This document shows positions 44,036-52,357 of a stretch of DNA of 52,357 nt, one piece after another. The translations under genes and the position numbers were made by a program. A model generated the notes under the pieces. The model was not told the DNA's origin and ran no database searches. It worked only from the letters and a program-made list of their open reading frames with translations. How positions within the stretch are numbered: the first letter of the stretch is position 1; every line of letters starts with the position of its first letter. This stretch comes from an uncultured Clostridia bacterium (GTDB taxonomy: Bacteria > Bacillota > UBA994 > UBA5500). The stretch covers positions 1-52,357 of the forward strand of contig CAYVCY010000001.1 in NCBI GenBank assembly GCA_964450265.1. Direction: 5' to 3'.

Positions 44036-45358
44036 TTACCTTCTATCTAGGTGGGGAGGCACCCGATCTAGGCGAGTCAGGTCGGCATACGATTCCCGTT
44101 CTACTATCACCTCGGCTCCAGTCGGGGAAATGAGGACTACCGCCGGCCTAGGCAGACGGTTGTAGTTGCTGGCCATAGAGTAGTTGTATGCTCCGGTACG
44201 AGCTACTGCCAGGATGTCTCCGGGCTCAACTACCGGAAGCGACTGGTCCCAGCCGATCATGTCGCCAGATTCACAGCAGCGGCCAGCGATGCTGTATTGC
44301 TCGCTGGCTGCATCCTGCATGCGGTTGGCCAGCACAGTCTCATAGCGACTGCCATAAAGGGCCGGGCGAGGGTTATCTGTGATACCGCCATCGACAAACA
44401 GGTAGTTCCGTATCCCCGGTATCCTCTTAGTCCCACCGACCCGATAGAGGGTCAATCCAGCCTCGTTGACGATCGAACGTCCAGGTTCTAAGATTAACTC
44501 GGGCATAGGCACGCCTAGGGTTTGACATAGCTCTGTCGCCGTCTGTGCCAACTCGCCCACCAGTTGCTCCGGTTCGAGCAGCTCATCTCCTGCACCATAG
44601 TAGGCACCTAATCCTCCGCCGATATTCAATTCCGTCACATCGCAAGGAAGGTCGGCAATGGTGCGCAGCAAGATCTCCAGATTCTTAACAAAAGGCTCAA
44701 TCGCCGTGATCTGCGAACCGATGTGGCAGTGCAGTCCTTTTAATTGTACCTGTGGCGTCTCCTGCATCTCGGCGATGATCTGCGGCAGCTCCGTTAAGCG
44801 GAAACCAAATTTCGAGTCGATAATGCTGGTCTGCACGTATTCATGGGTATGAGCTTTCACTCCGGTGGTTACTCGGATTAGGATGGGAGCGGCCGCATTC
44901 AGCTCACGGGCAGCATCCATCACCCGCCCCATCTCGGCACGATTGTCCACCACGATGCGGCCAACACCGTATTGTAGCGCCTGTTTCAGCTCCAGGGCTG
45001 AGCGATTTACACCGTGAAAGATGATCTTCTCGGCCGGGAATCTCACACTGGTGGCTGTATGTAATTCTCCGCCAGAGACTACGTCCAGGCCAAAGCCTTC
45101 GCTTTCCAGGATTAAACACATTGCTTGGCAAAGAAACGCTTTTCCGGCATAGACAACTCGCGAGCGGGGATAAGCGGTTGCCAGCGCAGTCTGATAGCGT
45201 CGGCAATTGCGTCGAATGGTCTCTTCGTTCAGCAGATATAACGGCGTCCCGAACTCCTTGGCTGCGTCTACCAGATCGACCTGGTGCAGACAAAGGTGTC
45301 CTGCGGCATTAACCGACATCCCGGGCTGCAGGCAAAAGCCATCAGAAATGGTTGTCAT
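44036..45358 (-). CDS. lysA: Diaminopimelate decarboxylase
   Basis: A PLP-dependent Orn/DAP/Arg decarboxylase fold: VVYAGKAF (PLP Lys), HCHIGSQ, NIGGGLG, CCESGD and GAY.YSM.SNYN. The RBS is aggggg-8 nt-ATG. Confidence 0.95.
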   Translation of the reverse strand: MTTISDGFCLQPGMSVNAAGHLCLHQVDLVDAAKEFGTPLYLLNEETIRRNCRRYQTALATAYPRSRVVYAGKAFLCQAMCLILESEGFGLDVVSGGELHTATSVRFPAEKIIFHGVNRSALELKQALQYGVGRIVVDNRAEMGRVMDAARELNAAAPILIRVTTGVKAHTHEYVQTSIIDSKFGFRLTELPQIIAEMQETPQVQLKGLHCHIGSQITAIEPFVKNLEILLRTIADLPCDVTELNIGGGLGAYYGAGDELLEPEQLVGELAQTATELCQTLGVPMPELILEPGRSIVNEAGLTLYRVGGTKRIPGIRNYLFVDGGITDNPRPALYGSRYETVLANRMQDAASEQYSIAGRCCESGDMIGWDQSLPVVEPGDILAVARTGAYNYSMASNYNRLPRPAVVLISPTGAEVIVERESYADLTRLDRVPPHLDRR

Positions 45359-45680
45359 GCAAACGACCCCCTAATCAGTGTTGGCGAGAGGCGAACCTGA
45401 TGATGGGCAGAGCAGCATCGATCAGCTTGTCCGCCGAGACTAAGGACATTTTATCACGCCAAGAATGTTGTGGAGAATCTTTTCCAGCCGGACGCTGTCC
45501 TACGACAACGGAAAACAATTGCTTTGTGGGCTGCGCCAGTTTCTGTTATAATAAGAAACATATTATTTTTTGATTCACGAGACAAATTCCCAGTTGGTAC
45601 GTCTGACTATAAGATGAGCTAGTTAGGTCACGGACAGGTCTTTACGAAAGTACTGCCAGTCCGTAAATGGGGGGAGATTC

Positions 45681-46298
45681 TTGCTAGAGCTGTTCACACT
45701 CTATTTTGCTCGCTTAAGCTACCTGATTATTGCTTTGGCAACTCTGGCAGAGGGCCTGACCATCCCTTGTCCGTCTATGGCAGTAATGTTGATGGCTGGA
45801 GCAGCTACCGTCACCGGGAAGGTCTCATTTTGGACGGCGGTGGCTGTCAGTTCAGTATCCTATACCATCGGCGCCATTATCCCTTACACCATCGGTTATC
45901 ATATCCCCAAACTACAGTCGTTACCTTGGGTTGGTCGCCTGGTGAAAGGGTCGCTGGAATCGTTGCACGAGGTCAATGCACTGTTCAATCGCCATGGCGA
46001 AAAAATCGTGGCTCTCGCTCGGCCGTTTTGGATCGGCAACTGCGTTTCATACTTTGCCGGTCTCAATCGCATGAATCCTTGGAAGTTCATGTTGTTCACA
46101 TTTTTCGGCATATCCGGCTGGAGTGTTGTCGTGGTCTATGTAGGCCATGTTTTCAGTGCCAATTTGGGCAAGGCGGCTACACTGCTCAGGAACTACTCGG
46201 GAATTGCTTTTGTCTCCCTGGTAGTCTGTGGTGCTGGAGCTTGGCTAGTAACCCGCTATCTGCGCGTTAGACATCAGGCGCACGCTGCAAAAGAATAA
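45681..46298 (+). CDS. dedA: DedA-family (SNARE-associated) membrane protein
   Basis: Shows the typical DedA layout (..LAEGLTIP.PS..V.L.AG........FW...........IP.......) with 4-5 TM helices. A TTG start follows a gggggga RBS. Confidence 0.8.
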   Translation: MLELFTLYFARLSYLIIALATLAEGLTIPCPSMAVMLMAGAATVTGKVSFWTAVAVSSVSYTIGAIIPYTIGYHIPKLQSLPWVGRLVKGSLESLHEVNALFNRHGEKIVALARPFWIGNCVSYFAGLNRMNPWKFMLFTFFGISGWSVVVVYVGHVFSANLGKAATLLRNYSGIAFVSLVVCGAGAWLVTRYLRVRHQAHAAKE

Positions 46299-46305
46299 CG
46301 GACGT

Positions 46306-46331
46306 AGCGGCGGGGAAACCCGCCGCTTTCT
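46306..46331. terminator. Stem-loop terminator between convergent dedA and the radical SAM gene
   Basis: AGCGGCGGG-gaaa-CCCGCCGCT is followed by TTCTCC. Confidence 0.6.
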
Positions 46332-46353
46332 CCATGTCTACTAGTAGTAGGTG

Positions 46354-48021
46354 CTATTGCAGGGGCAAAGCCGTGAAACCCAGTAGGCGTTTCTCTTTCT
46401 GATCCACTACAGCCACTGACCCTGGCGGTTGCCGATAGTATAACAGGGTGGTCGGCGATAACGGAATCGGAAATACACTGCGCTGCACCTGTTTGTAAGT
46501 GCGAGGGGCAAACAAGGATAGGTGTCCATTGAGATACTCCCGCCAGGCTTTTCGCCAGTGGTCAGGCAGGCGCCAGCCAGCCTGCCAGCTGGTCAACGTG
46601 CGCGCGCGATCGATGGTCAGCAAGTCGCCGAGCAGCTGATCTGGTTCCAGCCAGGCTGTCAACTGCTCAAGCAGAGCTTCTTGATTGTACTTGCGTCTAT
46701 CCCAACCTTGAGCTCGCCGGAACACGGCAAACTGCTCGAACATCTGGAAGGACAGATTCGGGTCAGTCTGGACTAGATAGTTCAATGACTCCCGGGCTAG
46801 GCCAGAGTTATAGTAGTCTTCCAATACCTGCTCAATCAGGTGCAAGCGATTCAACTGCCCGAAGCTGAGCTTGTCCGACTGCAGCACCTCGTAAGGGGGA
46901 TGCTTTGAGACTGCAAAATTGCCGGCCGCCGTCTGAGCTTTCATCGGTGTGCCAGGCAGGACTTTTAGGAATCCCAGCTGTAGCCTATCCGGGGTGAGGG
47001 AGATCACGTGATTAAATGATTGGCAAATGCTATCCCAATCTTGCTGGGGCAGCCCTGCAATCAGGTCCAGGTGCAGTGATAGGTTATTCCCTGACTGCAA
47101 ACGACGAATGCTCTCTGCCAGCAGGCACCAATCGCTTTTGCGATTGATGGCCTCTAAGGTGGCCCGGTCTGTACTTTGTACACCGATCTCCAGTTGAAAT
47201 ACGCCAGCCGGCACAGAAGCAAGGAATTGCAGCATTTCCTCGGTGAGCGTGTCGGCGCATATCTCGAAATGAAATCGGCTTTCCTGGCGATGCTCTAGCA
47301 GATAGCTCATGATCTGGATTGCTCGGGCAGGGTTGGCGTTGAATGTTCGGTCCACGAACTTGATCAACGGTATGTTTGCCTCAAGCAAGACATCGAGCTC
47401 CTGAAATACCCGCTGCATTGGAAAAAAGCGCAGCTTTTCTCCAGCCGATAGGCAATAACTACATCTGAATGGACAACCGCGGGAAGTCTCTACATAGACG
47501 AGCTTATGTTTCAGAGGGTTCAGCTGATCCCGACGATAGGCCAATGGGATCTCCTCCACCGGCAATACTGTTGCAGGCAAATTGCTGGCTGGTAGACCCC
47601 GCCCAAATACACCCGGAATCGGGTCGGTTGACTTCCCTGAGAGGGCCAGTAGCAACTGCCTGAGAGCCATTTCTCCCTCTTCGGCGATCACATAGTCAAT
47701 GCTTGCCTCAGTGTCAAGCAAAGCACCTGCCCTTGCCCCCACCTCTGGCCCGCCTAATACCACGGTCAGGTGAGGCAGTACCTGTTTCCAGTCCCGCAGT
47801 AGCGCTAACGTCTGCTGCACATTCCAGATGTAGCAGGAGCAAGCGATCAGATCGGGGTTTATGCGTCCCAGCTCCGCCAAAACGGTTCGCCGGTCATCGT
47901 TGATCTGGAATTCCATCATCGTGACTTCACCAAAGTGATCACCGATGGCTGACCGAAGATACCGCAACGCTAAGCTGGAGTGAATGAATTGGGAGTTCAA
48001 CGTAAACAGAGCTATTCTCAT
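46354..48021 (-). CDS. B12-binding-domain radical SAM protein with a DUF4080-like C-terminal domain
   Basis: The N-terminal cobalamin-binding-like Rossmann region (MRIALFTLNSQFIHSSLALRYL..DLIACSCYIWN) is followed by the radical SAM motif SRGCPFRCSYC and a long C-terminal domain typical of the DUF4080 class. Confidence 0.85.
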   Translation of the reverse strand: MRIALFTLNSQFIHSSLALRYLRSAIGDHFGEVTMMEFQINDDRRTVLAELGRINPDLIACSCYIWNVQQTLALLRDWKQVLPHLTVVLGGPEVGARAGALLDTEASIDYVIAEEGEMALRQLLLALSGKSTDPIPGVFGRGLPASNLPATVLPVEEIPLAYRRDQLNPLKHKLVYVETSRGCPFRCSYCLSAGEKLRFFPMQRVFQELDVLLEANIPLIKFVDRTFNANPARAIQIMSYLLEHRQESRFHFEICADTLTEEMLQFLASVPAGVFQLEIGVQSTDRATLEAINRKSDWCLLAESIRRLQSGNNLSLHLDLIAGLPQQDWDSICQSFNHVISLTPDRLQLGFLKVLPGTPMKAQTAAGNFAVSKHPPYEVLQSDKLSFGQLNRLHLIEQVLEDYYNSGLARESLNYLVQTDPNLSFQMFEQFAVFRRAQGWDRRKYNQEALLEQLTAWLEPDQLLGDLLTIDRARTLTSWQAGWRLPDHWRKAWREYLNGHLSLFAPRTYKQVQRSVFPIPLSPTTLLYYRQPPGSVAVVDQKEKRLLGFTALPLQ

Positions 48022-48069
48022 CGAATCACAGCCTTATCTGTATTAAAGCCATTCTACCACAAAGGCTGG

Positions 48070-49566
48070 TCAAATCGCCTTGAGCAGCTTGCCGCAGAGC
48101 AGGTAGGCAAGCAGACATCCCAAGCTGGCAATTGCCAGCGAAGGCAGGATTCTTCCGATATTGGCTAGGCTGTGTATGTATGAGTAGTGGGCAACGTAAC
48201 CAGCGATGAAAGCTGCCGCCAATGAGCGGATGAGTACGGTGCGCCACTGGCGCATGAAGTGTATCTCTTGTTCCACCATCCAAAGAGAGATCAACCCACT
48301 GATCACAAAACCGATGGTTAAAGCTATGGCTGCTCCCCGGACGCTCCATATGGGAGTGAACAGGTAGAGCAACACCCCGCTGACCACTGTCCCAATCAGC
48401 GCGGCGATCATCGGCTGGGTCGGCTTGCCTAGTCCCTGCAGGGTTGCTGCTGATATCTGCTGAGTGTATAGCAGCAGGCCGCCAGTGGCCAGCAAACTGA
48501 GCAACTGGCCGGCCGAACGGGAATTAAACAGCACTAAGCAAAGGGGTTCGCCTAGGGTGATGAATAAGGCGCTACAGGGGAGGCTGAGGGTAGTTGTCCA
48601 ATTCAGCGCTCTCAGAAAAGCAGCCGTGGTATGGCGCGTCGAACGATTGGATCCGGCTGCGGATATCTGCGGCAGCAGTGCAGCAGCCAGCGATGTAGTA
48701 AACAAGGATGGCACGAACAGCAGATTAAAGGCCATGCCAGTCAGCTGTCCAAAGGCGATGGCCGCTTGACTGGCGGTGAACCCTGCCAGGCGCAGTTGAT
48801 TGGGTATGATAATGCTCTGAATCAAGCGGGCCAGGGATTGCACCAGGCGAGCAGCCGTAGTTGGAATCGCCACTCCAAACAATGTCTGCGTCATTTTGAC
48901 CGCCGGGAAGAGGCTTTGCACCGTAGGCTTAGGTCGAAAGAACGGGTAACAGACCAGATAAGTGCTCAATCCAACGAATTCGCCCAAAATGGAGCCGGCC
49001 GCCAGGGCAGCTGTGAGGTAAATAGGACCATTAGAGAGCGCTAGGCTGACTAACCAGAGGGTAGACAGAACGTGCCCCAACTGCTCCAGCAACTGAGAGG
49101 CGGAGACCACTCGCATTTCTTGTAGTCCTTGAAAATAACCGCGGAAGACGGAACACAGAGCTACCAGAGGCAATGAGGGGGCGATGATCAATAGCGCATG
49201 ATACACCCGTGGATCCCTCAGAATATCGTTGGCCAATGGACGCGCCAATAAAAACAAGAGGGTATTGGCGGATAACCCCAGAATCAGAGCCGTTCCGGCC
49301 GCTGTTCGCAGCACGCTCTGTACCCCGGAATAGTTGTTTCTTGCTTTAAATTCTGCCACCAGTTTGGACACCGCGATTGGCATGCCGGCGGTGGCTAATA
49401 CTAAAAAGAGCGAATAGGCAGGAAAGATCATCTGGAACAGGCCCACCGCCTCTTGCCCGGCAATCCTAATTAAGACGATGCGATAGACAAATCCGATTAA
49501 GCGGTTGGTGGCGTTGGTCGCCGTCAGCAGGATGGTATTGGCTCGTATCTTACTATGCTTAGTCAT
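48070..49566 (-). CDS. spoVB: MOP-superfamily polysaccharide/lipid II flippase-like protein (SpoVB / MurJ-Wzx family)
   Basis: About 14 TM helices, with an N-terminus ..NTILLTATNATNRLIGFVYRIVLIRIAGQEAVGLFQMIFPAY.. typical of SpoVB-type proteins. I prefer the ATG at 49566 (MTKHSK) over 49605. Assigning spoVB specifically is an inference from the sporulation context. Confidence 0.75.
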   Translation of the reverse strand: MTKHSKIRANTILLTATNATNRLIGFVYRIVLIRIAGQEAVGLFQMIFPAYSLFLVLATAGMPIAVSKLVAEFKARNNYSGVQSVLRTAAGTALILGLSANTLLFLLARPLANDILRDPRVYHALLIIAPSLPLVALCSVFRGYFQGLQEMRVVSASQLLEQLGHVLSTLWLVSLALSNGPIYLTAALAAGSILGEFVGLSTYLVCYPFFRPKPTVQSLFPAVKMTQTLFGVAIPTTAARLVQSLARLIQSIIIPNQLRLAGFTASQAAIAFGQLTGMAFNLLFVPSLFTTSLAAALLPQISAAGSNRSTRHTTAAFLRALNWTTTLSLPCSALFITLGEPLCLVLFNSRSAGQLLSLLATGGLLLYTQQISAATLQGLGKPTQPMIAALIGTVVSGVLLYLFTPIWSVRGAAIALTIGFVISGLISLWMVEQEIHFMRQWRTVLIRSLAAAFIAGYVAHYSYIHSLANIGRILPSLAIASLGCLLAYLLCGKLLKAI

Positions 49567-49751
49567 CGGGCCCGACTCCCTTCCAAGCATCATCATATGC
49601 TTCATCTTGGGCTATTCTACTCATTAACAGCCATATGGGACTTGCTTTTGGGTCAGAACAATAAGTTTTGGTGGCAATAGGGCAGACATGCCAGGAATTG
49701 AACATGGAAAAAGACAGGACATTTATCCACTGTAAATTGCCAATGGAGGCT

Positions 49752-49766
49752 TGCATTGTCAATGCA
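49752..49766. promoter_or_regulatory. Perfect 7-1-7 palindrome TGCATTG-T-CAATGCA in the AT-rich spoVB-like/argR divergent region (candidate operator)
   Basis: The palindrome is read directly from the sequence. Its TGCAT/ATGCA half-sites are reminiscent of ARG-box half-sites, but the spacing does not fit the 18-bp ARG box. Confidence 0.2.
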
Positions 49767-49872
49767 TATTGGATAGTATTTATGAGAATGAATGTGTGCG
49801 ATATTGTGGCTCGGAGGGTAATTCCGATGGGAATTGCGGCCCATCGATAAATATGCAATACAAGGAGGCGCC

Positions 49873-50328
49873 ATGAAAGAGAGACGTCAGGCAAAAATAT
49901 TGGAACTGATTAGCCAGCAGCATATAGAAACGCAAGAACAGCTGCTCGCTGCTCTGCAAGAGTTGGGCTTCCGCACTACTCAGTCAACCATTTCCCGAGA
50001 TATCAAGGAGTTGGGTTTGGTTAAATCACCAGTAGGCAACGGTACCCTTGCTTACACCCAAATGGAGGGTCAAGTCGGAACCAGCTTGACCGACCGCATG
50101 GTACGCACTCTGCGCAGCGCATTGTTGAGCATCGACCACTCCGGCAGTTTCATGATCCTGAAGACTTTTTCTGGCGGGGCTCATGCCGCTGCTGCGGCGT
50201 TGGACAAATTATCCTATGTCGAAGTAATGGGGACAATTGCGGGCGATGACACCATTCTAATTATCCTCAAGGACGCTAGTATGGCAGAGTCGGTAGCCAA
50301 ACGTCTGAGGCAGCTGATGACCAGCTAG
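49873..50328 (+). CDS. argR: Arginine repressor ArgR/AhrC
   Basis: MKERRQAKILELISQQHIETQEQLLAALQELGFRTTQSTISRDIKELGLVK (winged helix) plus a C-terminal oligomerisation/arginine-binding domain (..GTIAGDDTILII..). The RBS is aaggagg-4 nt-ATG. Confidence 0.9.
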   Translation: MKERRQAKILELISQQHIETQEQLLAALQELGFRTTQSTISRDIKELGLVKSPVGNGTLAYTQMEGQVGTSLTDRMVRTLRSALLSIDHSGSFMILKTFSGGAHAAAAALDKLSYVEVMGTIAGDDTILIILKDASMAESVAKRLRQLMTS

Positions 50329-50422
50329 CTTTGCTCAGCGGGAGGGACGTCCTGTGTTAGCCGTGGCTGCCGCTAAGAGTGTGTTCATGGGGTATATATC
50401 TGTCGTGTGTGCTGTGTATATG

Positions 50423-50449
50423 GAAGCGACCGCCAAAGGCGGTCGCTTC
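50423..50449. terminator. Stem-loop terminator between convergent argR and the EamA gene
   Basis: GAAGCGACCGCC-aaa-GGCGGTCGCTTC is a perfect 12-bp stem, followed by TTAC. Confidence 0.65.
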
Positions 50450-50502
50450 TTACTATGTCAACTGGGTTCTGGACTCGTTTGGCTAAAGCCGGCGCTCTGC
50501 GC

Positions 50503-51393
50503 TTACTCATCGGTAGAGGTTGTTGCGGCCGACTGCTGCATGAAGAGGAGAATGCCGGTCAGGAGAAGACCACCGCCTATCAGTTGCTTCGAGTTAGGGA
50601 CCTCGGACCAGATCAGCATCGCCCAAAGGGTTGCACCAATAGGTTCACCGAGGGCCGCCACTCCCACCGTCGTCGCTGGCAGATGGGCGAGGGCCCAATT
50701 GAGGGTGCTGTGTCCAATCGCTGAGCAGAACAGTGCCATGCAGAGGAAGAGCAGGAAATCCCATGGCCGATAAGGGTAAAGAGGGGTGCCAGATTGCAGT
50801 GTGAGCCCAAGCAAGACTAGGGTGCTAATTACATATACGATAGCCGCATATGGTAGCACTGGCAAGTCCCTTCTTACGGCCTGCCCACAGAGAAAATACC
50901 CTGCACCAAAGGCCGCGCCCAATAAGGCAAGCGTGTTACCCCATAGCGAGGACTGACCGCCGCTGACGCCACCGTCCACCAGTCCGATGATTGCGCTGCC
51001 AGCGACAGCTACGAGAATGGAGAAGAATTGTCTCTTAGGGATCCGTTGCTTGAAGAAGAGCCAAGACAAGGCCACCGCAAATATCGGTTGAGAGCTGACT
51101 AGAACAGTGGAGCTAGCTACCGTGGTGTATTGAAATGAGCTGATCCAAGTTGCGAAATGGAGGGCCAGCAATATTCCAGCGGCGATCATCAACAGCAGGT
51201 TGCGACGGGAGATGCTGCATATTTCCCGTCGATAGCGCCGCCATGCAATTGGACTGAGGATAAGAGCAGCAAATAGCTGCCGATAGCTAGCGATGACAAG
51301 AGAAGGTGCGGTGGATAGTTTTATGAAGATGGCGGAGAAGGACACAGTGACCACTCCCAAGGCTAGAGGTAGATACGGGCTTCTGCTCTGCAT
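50503..51393 (-). CDS. EamA/DMT-family transporter
   Basis: Ten predicted TM helices in two EamA-like halves (..SFSAIFIKLS.. / ..ALFCSAIGHSTLNWALAHLPATTVGV..). The RBS is agaggtg-4 nt-ATG. Confidence 0.85.
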   Translation of the reverse strand: MQSRSPYLPLALGVVTVSFSAIFIKLSTAPSLVIASYRQLFAALILSPIAWRRYRREICSISRRNLLLMIAAGILLALHFATWISSFQYTTVASSTVLVSSQPIFAVALSWLFFKQRIPKRQFFSILVAVAGSAIIGLVDGGVSGGQSSLWGNTLALLGAAFGAGYFLCGQAVRRDLPVLPYAAIVYVISTLVLLGLTLQSGTPLYPYRPWDFLLFLCMALFCSAIGHSTLNWALAHLPATTVGVAALGEPIGATLWAMLIWSEVPNSKQLIGGGLLLTGILLFMQQSAATTSTDE

Positions 51394-51605
51394 ATTGCAC
51401 CTCTTTTAATGCTATTAGTTCATTGATGTTCCTTTCTTCGGATCATGGCGATTGCCTTTATTGTAGTTATCAGCATCGCGCTAATAGAGCACGCACATTG
51501 GGGCGACGTGAATAGATTGTGCTAGGCAATATCGGCAGACTGATCTAGAATCTAAAGAGGGCGATATATTTCGCATGCATAAATTGTTAGCAAGGAAGGT
51601 TTCGA

Positions 51606-52357
51606 ATGAACAAGTACGTCAAGTTGCTGCCGGGAATAGTGCTGGTGATCGTGGTGCAAGCAGTGGCCGGGTATCTGGTCGACTATGTGTCCTTGTTTGA
51701 TGCATTGACGCTAGGGATTATCCTGGGCATGGTGGTTAACAATCTGCTGCCCATCCCGCAAACCGCCCGCTCCGGAATCAAGTTCACCGAGAAAGAGGTG
51801 CTGAAGTGGGGCATCGTACTGTTAGGCGTCGAGCTCAACTTCGCCTTGATCGGTCGGCTGGGAGGGAAGATCCTCTTCCTGGTCGTATTTATGGTCTCAT
51901 TCGGCCTGTTGATGTCCTATCTGCTATCGCGGATCTTTAGGGTCGATGTCAAGCTCTCCACCTTGATCGGAGTAGGTTCGTCCATCTGTGGAGCTTCTGC
52001 TATTGCCGCAGTCGAGCCGATTGTAGATCCCGAAAAGAAGGATGTGGCCATTTCGGCTGCCGTGATCAGCGTATTGGGTGCCGCAGGCGTCATTCTCTTT
52101 CCGTTGCTCGGCCAAGCCTTTAATATGCAGCCGCTACCTTACGGGGTTTGGTCAGGGACCTCGTTGCAGGGGGTTGCCCATGCGGTGGCAGCCGCTTTTG
52201 CACGGGGAGATGCCAGCGGGGAGATAGGGACATTGGTGAAGATGGGGCGGGTGGTGCTCCTGGCACCGGTGGCTCTGATACTCACCTCTATCTTTGCTCG
52301 TGGTACAGGCAAGAAGGCCAAGAGCGTGTTTCCAAAGTATGTCTTGGGTTTCATCCT
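51606..52357 (+). CDS. YeiH/UPF0324-family membrane protein (putative sulfate exporter family), 3'-truncated by the window edge
   Basis: This ORF is absent from the supplied track because it has no stop codon in the window. The frame is open from the ATG at 51606 (aaggaagg-6 nt). The translation MNKYVKLLPGIVLVIVVQAVAGYL...IGVGSSICGASAIAAVEPI...WSGTSLQGVAHAVAAA matches the YeiH signature. Confidence 0.8.
   Translation, partial: MNKYVKLLPGIVLVIVVQAVAGYLVDYVSLFDALTLGIILGMVVNNLLPIPQTARSGIKFTEKEVLKWGIVLLGVELNFALIGRLGGKILFLVVFMVSFGLLMSYLLSRIFRVDVKLSTLIGVGSSICGASAIAAVEPIVDPEKKDVAISAAVISVLGAAGVILFPLLGQAFNMQPLPYGVWSGTSLQGVAHAVAAAFARGDASGEIGTLVKMGRVVLLAPVALILTSIFARGTGKKAKSVFPKYVLGFI

Noticed and set aside
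45380-45510. A lysine (L-box) riboswitch next to lysA; plus-strand words GAGAGGCGAAC, GTCCGCCGAGAC, TGTGGAGAATCT and GCTGTCCTAC resemble L-box blocks
   Set aside because: These words are on the strand opposite to lysA. The last two blocks are in the wrong order relative to the L-box consensus, and the GAAAGG/CCGAAG context is missing. The lysA strand shows no L-box blocks at all. An Infernal scan would settle it.
45767-46270. A 167-aa alternative-frame ORF inside dedA
   Set aside because: The dedA frame gives a coherent multi-TM DedA-like protein with an RBS. The alternative-frame translation is Arg/Cys/Gly-rich nonsense.
49559-49894. Three short ORFs (60-111 aa) in the spoVB-like/argR intergenic region
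   Set aside because: They overlap each other on both strands in an AT-rich promoter region. They have no RBS and no recognisable domains. One of them also reads through the true 5' end of the SpoVB-like gene.

Overview
This 52.4 kb window comes from a moderately GC-rich (by eye), spore-forming Firmicute. It looks Clostridia-like: it has a type-A-looking RNase P RNA and yqfC/yqfD, SpoVB-like and Spo0E-like genes. Positions 1-29,460 are a dense, co-directional core block collinear with the Bacillus subtilis lepA->sigA (yqe/yqf) region as I recall it. The order is lepA (partial), hemW, CIRCE-hrcA, a thermosome-like chaperonin, grpE-dnaK-dnaJ, prmA, rsmE, mtaB, HIT, rpsU, yqfC, yqfD, phoH, pgpH/yqfF, ybeY, dgkA, a DUF881 gene, cdd, era, deoC, recO, a DUF4342 gene, ccpN, the PPDK regulator, a dGTPase-like HD protein, dnaG and sigA. 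Three tRNAs follow (Asn-GTT, CAT, Val-CAC). Positions 29,460-52,357 have mixed orientation and look more variable. They hold a coiled-coil protein, an OmpR-type two-component system divergent from a Spo0E-like gene, an LtaS-family enzyme, a lipoprotein, an amidohydrolase, an SH3b/Zn-ribbon protein and an orphan TcdE-type holin-like protein. These are followed by trmK, RNase P RNA, a DUF2892 protein, an M1 peptidase with a membrane partner, lysA, dedA, a B12-radical-SAM/DUF4080 gene, a SpoVB-like flippase, argR, an EamA transporter and a partial yeiH-family gene that the ORF track misses. I found no convincing new multi-gene system: there are no cas genes, defence, integrase/transposase or secondary-metabolite signatures. 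The least ordinary items are the archaeal-type chaperonin inside the HrcA/CIRCE dnaK operon, three families of dispersed hairpin repeats that fill intergenic and leader regions, and the envelope/sporulation-flavoured variable segment between the tRNAs and trmK. All calls come from reading the sequence and ORF translations and from motif recall. No searches were run.
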